DNA of 45,755 nt from a virus. Shown here one piece after another: positions 34,571-42,737 of the stretch. The stretch lies in UHGV virus genome UHGV-0209863, one strand, 5' to 3'. Numbering within the stretch: the stretch's first letter is position 1; the number at the start of each line of letters is the position of its first letter. A program made the position numbers and the translations under genes. A model generated the notes under the pieces. The model saw only the letters and a program-made list of their open reading frames with translations. It searched no databases and had not been told where the DNA came from.

Positions 34571-35278
34571 TTATTTCCTCAGGGCTTTTAGTTGCCGCTC
34601 AAATTCGGCGGGATTGGTACGGTTCAATTCGAGGCGCTCGGCCTCTGTCATATCCTTAAACGCTGGTGCGGCCCCGCCGCTTTTGCCGCCGGAAGCCCCG
34701 CCGCCGGAAGCTGCATTTGCTTTAATCAAATGCGAAAATGCTTTGTGCTCGCGCAAGTATTTGCGGAACTGTTCAGGGTCTGTCGTGATAACGTTACCAT
34801 CTGCGCCGATGAACTTCGTTACCACGTCTTCCCCGTCAAACTCGGTTTTAACAAACGGCGCCAGGATGTCTACTGCTTCCGGCGTAATGAAATCACCGGC
34901 GAAGCTACCCAGTACCGCTTTACGCTCGCTGCCGAGTACACGGTTAGCCAGCGCGGAATACTTCTCTTCTTTCTCTTTCAGTACAGGCTCATACTGGCTA
35001 CGAATCGTCTTTTCGAACTCGTCCATCTTACCCGCCGACTTAAGCGCTTCCTGGTGCGCTTGCTGGCGTGCTTCTTCAGCTTCCTTCGCCTTGCGCGCTG
35101 CTTCTTTCTTCTCGGTCAGCAGTGCTTCATTGTTCGCCTTCAGGCCGGAGACTTCTTTCTCGACAGCTTCGGCAATCATCTTCTGCACTTGTTCTGCCGT
35201 GAATGTGGTTGCGCCGCCTGCGGGTTTAAGGTCGTCTGGTGCTTCTTCTTGAAGCGGAAAACGTAAAAAACGATTCAT
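34571..35278 (-). CDS. capsid scaffolding protein
   Basis: 235 aa, highly charged coiled-coil (EKKEAARKAKEAEEARQQAHQEALK), directly upstream of the capsid gene. Confidence 0.6.
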   Translation of the reverse strand: MNRFLRFPLQEEAPDDLKPAGGATTFTAEQVQKMIAEAVEKEVSGLKANNEALLTEKKEAARKAKEAEEARQQAHQEALKSAGKMDEFEKTIRSQYEPVLKEKEEKYSALANRVLGSERKAVLGSFAGDFITPEAVDILAPFVKTEFDGEDVVTKFIGADGNVITTDPEQFRKYLREHKAFSHLIKANAASGGGASGGKSGGAAPAFKDMTEAERLELNRTNPAEFERQLKALRK

Positions 35279-35370
35279 AGTCAGTATGTCCCCTGGACGT
35301 TAGTAGCCGGGCCACCCGGCTTTACACTGTCAAGAATAAATTATTCCGCAGGAGAAGGCAACTATTCCTA

Positions 35371-35399
35371 TTGACACTATGATATTACGGTTCTAATAT
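35371..35399 (+). promoter_or_regulatory. strong sigma70-type promoter (-35 TTGACA, 17-nt spacer, -10 TAATAT)
   Basis: TTGACA at 35371-35376 and TAATAT at 35394-35399. A GAGGAGG RBS follows before ATG 35428. Confidence 0.6.
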
Positions 35400-35427
35400 T
35401 AACTCAACTTAACGAGGAGGTGTCTAA

Positions 35428-35577
35428 ATGACGACTTTAATTGTAATGGAATTTGAAACCAGCAAACCTGAATACCGCCAAATGACAATGGAACAGGCAT
35501 ATAAGCTTGCGTCACGCGGGTCTTTCTACAAAGCACAAATTATCAGCGAAGATGGGGTTGTTGAATATGAGTTTTAG
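35428..35577 (+). CDS. small protein (49 aa), first gene of the two-gene moron
   Basis: MTTLIVMEFETSKPEYRQMTMEQAYKLASRGSFYKAQIISEDGVVEYEF. Strong RBS. Below the ORF-track cutoff. Confidence 0.4.
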   Translation: MTTLIVMEFETSKPEYRQMTMEQAYKLASRGSFYKAQIISEDGVVEYEF

Positions 35578-35911
35578 AAATAACCTAAAAAATCACATTA
35601 AAATTTTCGGCGAAGATGGCCTGCACTCATGGAATGCCGGATATGATGTCAACGATGATATTTTCATACACAAAATAGTAAGAGCAACTCGCCGTGAAGT
35701 TAAATCCGGAGATATATTAAAGATAAGAGATAACGGCGTTATCGTTGCAGTAGAGAAAGTATTAGGGGTATTTCTTATAGTTGTGGCCGTAGACCCGGCG
35801 CTAAGAGACGCGGCACCATACAGGGCGGCCGGAGAAGGTAAGACGGGAAAGTATGTGTACGGTAGAGTAAAAATCAATAAAGCCCATGTCGATACCATAA
35901 AAGCCCCGTAA
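35567..35911 (+). CDS. hypothetical protein (114 aa), second gene of the moron
   Basis: ATG 35567 overlaps the upstream stop. Sequence MSFRNNLKNHIKIFGEDG...GDILKIRDNGVIVAVEKV.... AT-rich relative to the flanks. Confidence 0.45.
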   Translation: MSFRNNLKNHIKIFGEDGLHSWNAGYDVNDDIFIHKIVRATRREVKSGDILKIRDNGVIVAVEKVLGVFLIVVAVDPALRDAAPYRAAGEGKTGKYVYGRVKINKAHVDTIKAP

Positions 35912-35924
35912 GGGGCTTTTCTCA
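35898..35924. terminator. bidirectional terminator between convergent genes
   Basis: AAA-AGCCCC-GTAA-GGGGCT-TTTCTC. The stop codon of the plus gene lies in the loop. Confidence 0.6.
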
Positions 35925-36161
35925 TTGTGTAACGTTCTTAATCCAGTCCTGCAACCTGTACACCTTTAGCCTGAGCTGGCGCACGCATTCCGCGTTCTGC
36001 ACATCCGCAGACAAATCCTCATCGGCATCTGCTTTCGCATCACCTAACTTACACGGCGCGGTCATAAGCTGCGGGTCAACCGGCGGCAACGTGTTAGGCG
36101 TATATTCTGGCGCACAACCAGTTATTCCAATTATTACAGCCAACAGGAATAATTTATTCAT
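35922..36161 (-). CDS. o-spanin (Rz1-like outer-membrane lipoprotein)
   Basis: Lipobox LAVIIGITGC after a signal peptide, then a proline-rich periplasmic segment. Overlaps the i-spanin gene by 8 nt. Confidence 0.6.
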   Translation of the reverse strand: MNKLFLLAVIIGITGCAPEYTPNTLPPVDPQLMTAPCKLGDAKADADEDLSADVQNAECVRQLRLKVYRLQDWIKNVTQ

Positions 36162-36522
36162 TGTCGTAGCCTTTGATGTGATTGGCGTTATCGACGGCGG
36201 CCTGTTTCAGCTTAACGCGCGCTTCATCGAACGTGCAGACATTCCGGCCCGGCGTCTTGATGTACTTAACGACTTCCTGGGTGATGGTTACTGTGCGGGC
36301 GGCACCCTGCTGCTCGGCGGCGGCGGCGTGGGTGTCGTTCTGCTGTTGCCGTGTGACTTGCTTCTCCAGCTTAGCCTGAGCCTGCTGGCGCTGTTGCGTT
36401 ACCAGAGCCGCGCGGCCCTCTTTCCAGCCGTCACGATATTGCATGCTGCCGTAGCCCCATCCTGCCAGGAGTGAGACAGCTACAACAGCCAGAATAATTC
36501 GTAGATTCATGTTGTCTCCCAA
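36154..36522 (-). CDS. i-spanin (Rz-like)
   Basis: N-terminal TM LRIILAVVAVSLLAGWGYG followed by a Q/A-rich helical periplasmic domain. Confidence 0.6.
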   Translation of the reverse strand: MGDNMNLRIILAVVAVSLLAGWGYGSMQYRDGWKEGRAALVTQQRQQAQAKLEKQVTRQQQNDTHAAAAEQQGAARTVTITQEVVKYIKTPGRNVCTFDEARVKLKQAAVDNANHIKGYDNE

Positions 36523-36774
36523 CCCCTCGTAACAGTGGGGGTAGCCCTAGCGAACCCCACACCATTACTTTGCGGCAACACACTAAGAATCATTGTTGCC
36601 GTAAGTCATTGAGGGATAAGGTGTCCGTTGATTCTGCGCGACTCGTAAAAGACTCTGGCCCTTCCGCGCGGTTCCGTAGCTCCGTGTGCCGCTGTGGCGG
36701 CCTACGCAACGTCGCCTTGCGGCGTTCGTAGAACGAAGTGAGGTTATCAGAATAATTTGTAATAGTCCACTTTT

Positions 36775-36823
36775 GGAATAATTTATTCCTATTTATTTTT
36801 ATTGTTGGAATAATTGGAATAAT
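36775..36823. repeat. operator-like array: palindrome GGAATAATTTATTCC plus two direct TTGGAATAAT repeats
   Basis: Palindrome at 36775-36789. Direct repeats at 36805-36814 and 36814-36823, abutting the -35 of the downstream promoter. Confidence 0.5.
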
Positions 36824-36825
36824 AG

Positions 36826-36854
36826 TTGTGTAATAAATAACCAGAGCCTAGTAT
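36826..36854 (+). promoter_or_regulatory. promoter of the HTH-phosphoesterase gene (-35 TTGTGT, 17-nt spacer, -10 TAGTAT)
   Basis: A GAGGG RBS follows before ATG 36904. Confidence 0.45.
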
Positions 36855-36903
36855 TTAGACGATGTTAATATTAGAATCGGATAAATCCTAATGAGGGCCT
36901 ACC

Positions 36904-38037
36904 ATGCCGCACCCAAAGAAAATTACGGACGAGCAATTACGCGATTGTCTTAATCAGGGAATGACCGAAAAGGCTATTGCCGATAAATACAAGATGGCAA
37001 CCAGAAATGTGCAAATCAGAAAGGCCCGCCTGGCGAAGAAAGGTTTAGGTCACGGGCGTGATGTAGGCGGTCTTGTACCGGACGGGTATAAAGTAAAAGG
37101 CACGTCAACGCTAACGGACGCAGACGGCAACACGAAACTCCAGTGGGTGAAGACGGATGTTGATGCCGAACGCCAGCTTGAAATTATGCGTGCCGTTATC
37201 GATGGTATGTGCTCCGAGATTAAACCTGCCGAACCTGTCAAAAAACCCACCATTAAATCCGACGACAAACTGCTTAACCTGTACACCGTTTCGGACTTCC
37301 ACCTCGGCATGTTGAGCTGGGCCGATGAAACCGGTGACGACTGGGATATGAAAATTGCTGAAGAACTGTTTGCTAAATGGTTTGATGCCGCTTTTCAGCA
37401 GGCCCCAGCCGCGGGTACTGCCGTGATTAACCTGCTCGGCGACCTGGCGCACTTCGATTCACTCGATGCAGTAACCCCGGCATCCGGTCACGTGCTGGAC
37501 GCCGATACGCGCTATCAGAAACTGGTTCGTACGATGATTCGTATGGTTCGCCGTGTGGTGGAAATGGCTCTGGTTAAGCATCCGTTCGTGAAGCTGCTTA
37601 TAGTCCAGGGCAACCACGACGAATCCGGGATGATTTGGCTGGCGGAGATGTTCAGCGCGCTGTACGACAACGAGCCGCGCGTGTTTGTCGATACGTCGGC
37701 CGACGTGTACAAGATGGTGCTACACGGCAAAACAACACTGTTCTTCCACCATGGGCATAAGGCGCGCTTCGACGCAATCGAGCCAATCATGATTGCGAAG
37801 TTCCGCAAAGCATTCGGTGACAGTGAATATAGTTACGCGCACGTAGGCCACCTGCACCACCAGAAACTAGTAGAGTCACGCAACATGATTGTCGAGCAGC
37901 ACCGCACGCTGGCGGCTAAAGATGCCTATGCGTCGCGCGGCGGCTGGATGTCCGGGCGTAGCGCGAATGTGATAACCTACAGTGCGGAATATGGCGAAGT
38001 CGGCCGTCTGACTATTTCACCGGAGATGTTGAAATGA
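36904..38037 (+). CDS. HTH domain fused to a calcineurin-like metallophosphoesterase
   Basis: N-terminus ITDEQLRDCLNQGMTEKAIADKYKMATRNVQIRKAR is an HTH. MPP motifs are DFHLG (I), GDLAHFD (II), GNHDE (III), HHGH and GHLHH (V/VI). Confidence 0.7.
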   Translation: MPHPKKITDEQLRDCLNQGMTEKAIADKYKMATRNVQIRKARLAKKGLGHGRDVGGLVPDGYKVKGTSTLTDADGNTKLQWVKTDVDAERQLEIMRAVIDGMCSEIKPAEPVKKPTIKSDDKLLNLYTVSDFHLGMLSWADETGDDWDMKIAEELFAKWFDAAFQQAPAAGTAVINLLGDLAHFDSLDAVTPASGHVLDADTRYQKLVRTMIRMVRRVVEMALVKHPFVKLLIVQGNHDESGMIWLAEMFSALYDNEPRVFVDTSADVYKMVLHGKTTLFFHHGHKARFDAIEPIMIAKFRKAFGDSEYSYAHVGHLHHQKLVESRNMIVEQHRTLAAKDAYASRGGWMSGRSANVITYSAEYGEVGRLTISPEMLK

Positions 38038-38168
38038 CTTGTGATTGGCTTATTTTGATTCCTGTGGCGTTTCTAGGAATGTATCAATTGCACAAGGAAG
38101 GCAAGCTAAATATTCGCGGTGTACTGATAGAGCCCGTGAAGATTTTAATAAACCTGTTCCGAAAATAA
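38034..38168 (+). CDS. small membrane peptide (44 aa)
   Basis: ATG overlaps the stop of the phosphoesterase gene. Sequence MTCDWLILIPVAFLGMYQLHKEGK.... Confidence 0.3.
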   Translation: MTCDWLILIPVAFLGMYQLHKEGKLNIRGVLIEPVKILINLFRK

Positions 38169-38195
38169 GGCCCCCTTCCGGGGCCTTTTCTTTAC
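38166..38195. terminator. bidirectional terminator
   Basis: AGGCCCC-CTTCC-GGGGCCT followed by TTTTCTTT. Confidence 0.55.
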
Positions 38196-38653
38196 TCTGC
38201 TTTCGGCTTAACCTCGGCAGCTTTCGAAACTGCCTGTACACCGTCGGCATCAGTCACCACAGCCCAGTATTTCCCGGCCTCTGTAACTTTCAGCTTCTCG
38301 CCGCCGTCTGGCACGTTAACAACCTGTTTATCGTCTTTGTACCACTGGATAGCGTACGGCGCTTTACCGGCTTTAGGTGTTGCCGTGAGTGTAGTCGCGG
38401 TTGAGCCGAGCTGTGCGTCTTCTGGCTGCACTGCGAAATACACGTCGCCTGCGTCTTCCAGGTACGGCACTTCGTACAGGGTGCCGCCAGCGGCAGCCGC
38501 GATACCGGTCTTATCGGCATAAGGCATTTCGTCTACGGCTTTACCCAGGACGGACTCGTCTTCCAGGTGGATAGCGCCTTCAGCCGAGCCGGAGACACGT
38601 TTATATTGTACGACTCGGCGCGCCGGGACATCGTGAACGGTAAAGAAACCCAT
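38192..38653 (-). CDS. Ig-like domain protein
   Basis: TLTATPKAGKAPYAIQWYKDDKQV...GKYWAVVTDADG parallels the Ig-like motif of the 32825..33175 protein. Confidence 0.45.
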   Translation of the reverse strand: MGFFTVHDVPARRVVQYKRVSGSAEGAIHLEDESVLGKAVDEMPYADKTGIAAAAGGTLYEVPYLEDAGDVYFAVQPEDAQLGSTATTLTATPKAGKAPYAIQWYKDDKQVVNVPDGGEKLKVTEAGKYWAVVTDADGVQAVSKAAEVKPKAE

Positions 38654-38654
38654 G

Positions 38655-39710
38655 TCATAACCCCTTCAGGTAGTCGGCCACTCGCTTATCGAGGTCAGCC
38701 ATCTGTTGTAGTGTAAGTGGGCGGCCGTAGCCGTCAACGGAAATTACGCGGAACTCTTCCGGGCTGATGCCGGAGTTACGGAATATTTTACCACGTACTG
38801 GCCCTAAAGCCTCGTCCTGGAACCACGCGGGCTGTTGTTTAAGAAAATCATAATATGACGTTTTAGCATCGACCTGTGTACCGCCGTCAGCCCCGCGCGC
38901 GGCACGCACTGCGCCTTCGTCCAGAAAATCAAGGAAGTCATCCGAAATAACCGGGATGGTGGTACTGCGACAGTTCGGATGCGCGGGCGGCATCGGACCT
39001 TTACCGATTAGATACTCCTGCCCATCACGCGACTTACACACCGTCGACGTGCGGCTGTCGAGAGTCGACACCCACTGGTACTTGCTGACAATATCGCTGT
39101 TGTCGTCGTAGGTCATCTGGCGCGTGGTGTTGGATACATGGCTAACGGCGGTGCGGACAACAGTCATCACGTTGCGTTCGGAAATGTCGGCCAGGCCGCC
39201 AGCTCCAGCTACGCCAGAGACAATCTGACGTGTCGTCTGGCCCTGCACAAACCCGGTCTGTACGCCGCGTAGAAGACGATTGCGCTCGTTGTCACCCCAC
39301 CCCGACAGAAGGTCGTTTAAAACCACAGGAGCATTGCTTAGCGCCAGAGGGGCGAATTTGATGCGCGCCCACAGCTCGGTCGCCGTTGGGCCACTGACAA
39401 ACACATCCTTCCTGGTGTTCTCGTTTAGCGTGTGGATAAACCATTTATTTTCATAATCGGCAATATCGCGCAGGCTTTTTTCAATAGTGCTTTTCCAGTC
39501 TCCGGTAACATCGGACAGCACGCCGTCAAGACTTTCCAGCATCTTATTCAGTTTCTTGACTGTGCGCGCGTCGTCGCCGAACTTAAGTACCGCGTCGCGC
39601 ACTTCAGCACGCATTTTGTTGACAAACGGAATTGACAGGGACGCGGTCTGCGTGCCAAGGCGCTGGAGCCATATCTGGTGGCTGATTATCGTTTCTGAAA
39701 GCTGGCTCAT
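38655..39710 (-). CDS. head morphogenesis protein (SPP1 gp7 / Mu F-like)
   Basis: 351 aa, immediately downstream of the portal gene, as is canonical. Confidence 0.6.
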   Translation of the reverse strand: MSQLSETIISHQIWLQRLGTQTASLSIPFVNKMRAEVRDAVLKFGDDARTVKKLNKMLESLDGVLSDVTGDWKSTIEKSLRDIADYENKWFIHTLNENTRKDVFVSGPTATELWARIKFAPLALSNAPVVLNDLLSGWGDNERNRLLRGVQTGFVQGQTTRQIVSGVAGAGGLADISERNVMTVVRTAVSHVSNTTRQMTYDDNSDIVSKYQWVSTLDSRTSTVCKSRDGQEYLIGKGPMPPAHPNCRSTTIPVISDDFLDFLDEGAVRAARGADGGTQVDAKTSYYDFLKQQPAWFQDEALGPVRGKIFRNSGISPEEFRVISVDGYGRPLTLQQMADLDKRVADYLKGL

Positions 39711-39802
39711 TCATTAACCATCATGTAAAGTGCGCAGGCGATAGCGAGGATGACCGCGCAAGCCACCACCATAAACGCTACCAGAATAACGAATTTAATC
39801 AT
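39711..39802 (-). CDS. tiny hydrophobic peptide (30 aa)
   Basis: MIKFVILVAFMVVACAVILAIACALYMMVNE. ATGA overlap with the portal stop. Confidence 0.25.
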
Positions 39803-41283
39803 GGCTGCGTACCCTGTTCAATCTCGCCCTGTTGTGCGGTTGTCGGGATGTCTCCGACGGTCGGTTGAACCGGTGCTACTGAAGTAGGCGCCTGCGCCTC
39901 TACGGCGTCAAGAATATCAGCATCTTCCCAGTCAGTTACGCCCGCCTTACGTAGTGCCGCATAATAGGCTGTAGCCGGTAACAGACCCGCGTTAATGTCC
40001 GCCATCCATGCAGCACGGTCCTGTGCGGTCATTGGCTGCAGGAAGAAGTCCATATTCAGTTTAAATTCAATCTCCACACCCTCACGCATCCCAAGCATTG
40101 CGGCGACCCACGTTAAGGCGTCGGTGTAGGCCTGGCTTACGTTGCGGGCGATGGTCGACATAACGGACGTATCAGCACCGCGCTGGATGCGCGCCGACTC
40201 CGCAGTAATCTGTGTTGATGGTGTGATAAGCTGTGCGCCAATCTGCACGGCCTGCGTCTCTTTATCCAGCATGTTCTGTTTTGCCAGGTTGTTCTCTGTG
40301 GCCTGAACCAGTTTAGCGTCGCCGCCAGAACCGAGGTTATGGCCTGTGCGGCTGCCGAATTTAATACCGTTCGGGTTAGCCTCTTTGAACAAGGACGGGC
40401 TCATCTGCTCACCAGGGAAGATAAACAGCGTGGGCTGGCCTACCACAAAGCTGGATTCTTCGTTATCCGCACTGTTCCGGAAATGGCCGATGTTAAGCTC
40501 CGCCAGCGGCAGCATCGGCGCGTCGTCTACAGTAGCGTCGTTGTTGCTGGCGCCAATAAACGTGAACGGAATCCGGCCTTCCAGTTGGGGCCCGAGCTGC
40601 GGATAGATTGTCGTTATGTCCTGCTGAGCGCCACCGGCCGCATCGAAACGGTAAATGCGCTGGCGATACTTGCCGTTTTCGTCCAGGTCAAGCACGCGAT
40701 ATTGCTCGCCAATTTTGGTTTCGAACTCGTTGTCTGCTTCGTAGTATTCCCACACCTCACGCAGCACAATCATCACTACGCGGTTAACCGAACCGAAGCG
40801 CTTCATGCGCCAGTTGATGATGTTCTCTGCGGTGTAGAATGCGATAACCGGGTTTAATAATCCATCGTTCTGCTCGGCAGCCGTGGCCGCGCCTACTTCA
40901 GGAGCGTCTACCAGCAGCCCACCACGGCCAATGGCGTCAATCTCCATCAGCGTATCCTGTGCGTGCTGCCACAGGCCAACGCCAGAACCGTCGCAGTTGG
41001 TGAGCAGGTATTCAAGCTGGTCGGGAATAATCTGTTCCGGGTCTTTGCGCATGACGCTGCCGACCATGCCGGAAAGTGTGCGCTTGGTGAAGTTATAGCA
41101 GATAGCGCCCTGCTCATATTCTGCCTGGCGTGCTTCACCGTAGGTTTTATCTGGCTCGTTCAGGCCGACGTTGCGCAGGTAGCTGATAAGGTCGCCCGCA
41201 ACAGCGTTACGCACCTTCTTCCATTTCTCGAAGTGGTAAAGCCACTCGCGGTGTTTTGTTTTTACGCTGTTGTCGTTGCTCAT
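39799..41283 (-). CDS. portal protein
   Basis: 494 aa between the TerL and MuF-like genes. Confidence 0.75.
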   Translation of the reverse strand: MSNDNSVKTKHREWLYHFEKWKKVRNAVAGDLISYLRNVGLNEPDKTYGEARQAEYEQGAICYNFTKRTLSGMVGSVMRKDPEQIIPDQLEYLLTNCDGSGVGLWQHAQDTLMEIDAIGRGGLLVDAPEVGAATAAEQNDGLLNPVIAFYTAENIINWRMKRFGSVNRVVMIVLREVWEYYEADNEFETKIGEQYRVLDLDENGKYRQRIYRFDAAGGAQQDITTIYPQLGPQLEGRIPFTFIGASNNDATVDDAPMLPLAELNIGHFRNSADNEESSFVVGQPTLFIFPGEQMSPSLFKEANPNGIKFGSRTGHNLGSGGDAKLVQATENNLAKQNMLDKETQAVQIGAQLITPSTQITAESARIQRGADTSVMSTIARNVSQAYTDALTWVAAMLGMREGVEIEFKLNMDFFLQPMTAQDRAAWMADINAGLLPATAYYAALRKAGVTDWEDADILDAVEAQAPTSVAPVQPTVGDIPTTAQQGEIEQGTQP

Positions 41284-41459
41284 TGCAGGGCCTCAAAAGT
41301 GTAATCGCTGTCGTGCGGCACGTCATCGTGAACATACACAAAACCGCCTGCATCCAGCGGGTCTTCGGCGTCTTTCACGATTAAGGGCTCGCCGGTTTCT
41401 TCATCGATAAAAGGTTCAATGTCACGTTGGCAAAACGGGCAGTAATGTTTGTTTGTCAT
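41280..41459 (-). CDS. small Cys/His protein (about 59 aa)
   Basis: MTNKHYCPFCQRDIEPF...HDDVPHDSDY. ATGA overlap with the portal start. Confidence 0.3.
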   Translation of the reverse strand: MTNKHYCPFCQRDIEPFIDEETGEPLIVKDAEDPLDAGGFVYVHDDVPHDSDYTFEALQ

Positions 41460-41465
41460 AACGCC

Positions 41466-42737
41466 TCACAAGGCAAAAGATACAGGGATGTTGATAACCG
41501 GTTTAACAATCGGCATTTCATAGGCGATTGGGTAGCCTGTCGCGTCGTTCTGGTGGTCGTTGCCGCTGGATTTATTCGGCTCACCGTTCTTGTCATAAGC
41601 CTGCTGCTCAAGACAGCGCGACGTAACCGGGCACGCCTGTTCGTTAACCATCAGCATACCAGATTCAAACGCCTTATTGACAGCGGCAACACGGTCTTTC
41701 ACCGCCGGGTTAGTTGACTTTGCCCGAATCTCGAATCCGGCCTGCTGCAACTGTGCGATATCGGAAGTTGATGCGTTGTTGCTCTTACGGTTCTTTCCGC
41801 TGGCGTCCGGGTACATAACGATGTGATGTCCGTTGCGCTTCCATCGTTCGCTAATGGCGCGGATGACGTCAGGCGTATCGTACATCTCTTTAAGTTCGTC
41901 AACTGCGTGCCAGACGTGCCCGCGCTGCACGTAGACCGTTGAGGCCATCTGCCCGACGTTGAAGTCCTGGCCGATGTACAGCGTTTCGCCAGGTTTAATC
42001 GTCTCACGGCTGCTGTGTCGCTGCCGGTTGTAGGCGTAGTACACTGTGCCGGATGTCAGGTTGGTAAACTCACCGTTAATGTACGCTTCGATAAGCTGCG
42101 CCGGATATGTCGCGCGCAGTGAGTCAACGTACCCCTCTGGCAGGAACGGATTCGACAGCGTTGAGGCCTGAATCATCTCGTAACCGGGTTTCTTGTTCAC
42201 TACCCAGCGGTCATGTACGAAGCGGAAGCCTTCCGGCGTGGTGAAGATAGACACCGTGTTAACCGGCTTCGGTGATATCGCTACGTAGGTGTCCGGCTTC
42301 TGGCGGTTACGGGCGATGATTTTGTTGAATGCGTGCTCTGCGTGCTCGCGTCTCAACGTGTCCAGTTCGTCTATTTTAGCACGGAACGACTCATAACCTA
42401 CGATACGCGCCGGGTTGTCCAGGGTGCGCAGAACGAAATCGCCCAGCTGCCGGTTGGACGTATAGATGATGTTGTCAGATTTGTTGTAGCGGTATCGCAC
42501 GCCCCATTCCTGGAGTTTTTCCTCCATACGTGGAGCCAGTATAAGGCGCACCAGGTCGTATGTTGGCTCGTACATGGCAATCATGGACGATGAACCGCCT
42601 TCCAGACTGTCCAGGAGCGCGGAGTTGCACATCACCTCTGACTTGCCCGTGCCAAAACCGGCAACAAAGGCCGGGAATTTACAGTGCATACCGAGGAATG
42701 CGGCCTGCGGCTCAGTCGCCTTTATGCTTATCTGCAC
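41466..42737 (-). CDS. terminase large subunit
   Basis: Walker A GFGTGKS plus a C-terminal RNaseH-like nuclease region. 423 aa. Confidence 0.85.
   Translation of the reverse strand: MQISIKATEPQAAFLGMHCKFPAFVAGFGTGKSEVMCNSALLDSLEGGSSSMIAMYEPTYDLVRLILAPRMEEKLQEWGVRYRYNKSDNIIYTSNRQLGDFVLRTLDNPARIVGYESFRAKIDELDTLRREHAEHAFNKIIARNRQKPDTYVAISPKPVNTVSIFTTPEGFRFVHDRWVVNKKPGYEMIQASTLSNPFLPEGYVDSLRATYPAQLIEAYINGEFTNLTSGTVYYAYNRQRHSSRETIKPGETLYIGQDFNVGQMASTVYVQRGHVWHAVDELKEMYDTPDVIRAISERWKRNGHHIVMYPDASGKNRKSNNASTSDIAQLQQAGFEIRAKSTNPAVKDRVAAVNKAFESGMLMVNEQACPVTSRCLEQQAYDKNGEPNKSSGNDHQNDATGYPIAYEMPIVKPVINIPVSFAL

Noticed and set aside
34527-35266. 241-aa and 224-aa plus-strand ORFs overlapping the scaffold gene
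   Set aside because: Antisense to the charged coiled-coil scaffold. Ala/Ser/Arg-rich low complexity.
36523-36720. Possible tRNA in the GC-rich structured intergenic region
   Set aside because: No recognisable T-loop (GTTCGAATC-like) or cloverleaf could be assembled by eye. Needs tRNAscan to exclude.
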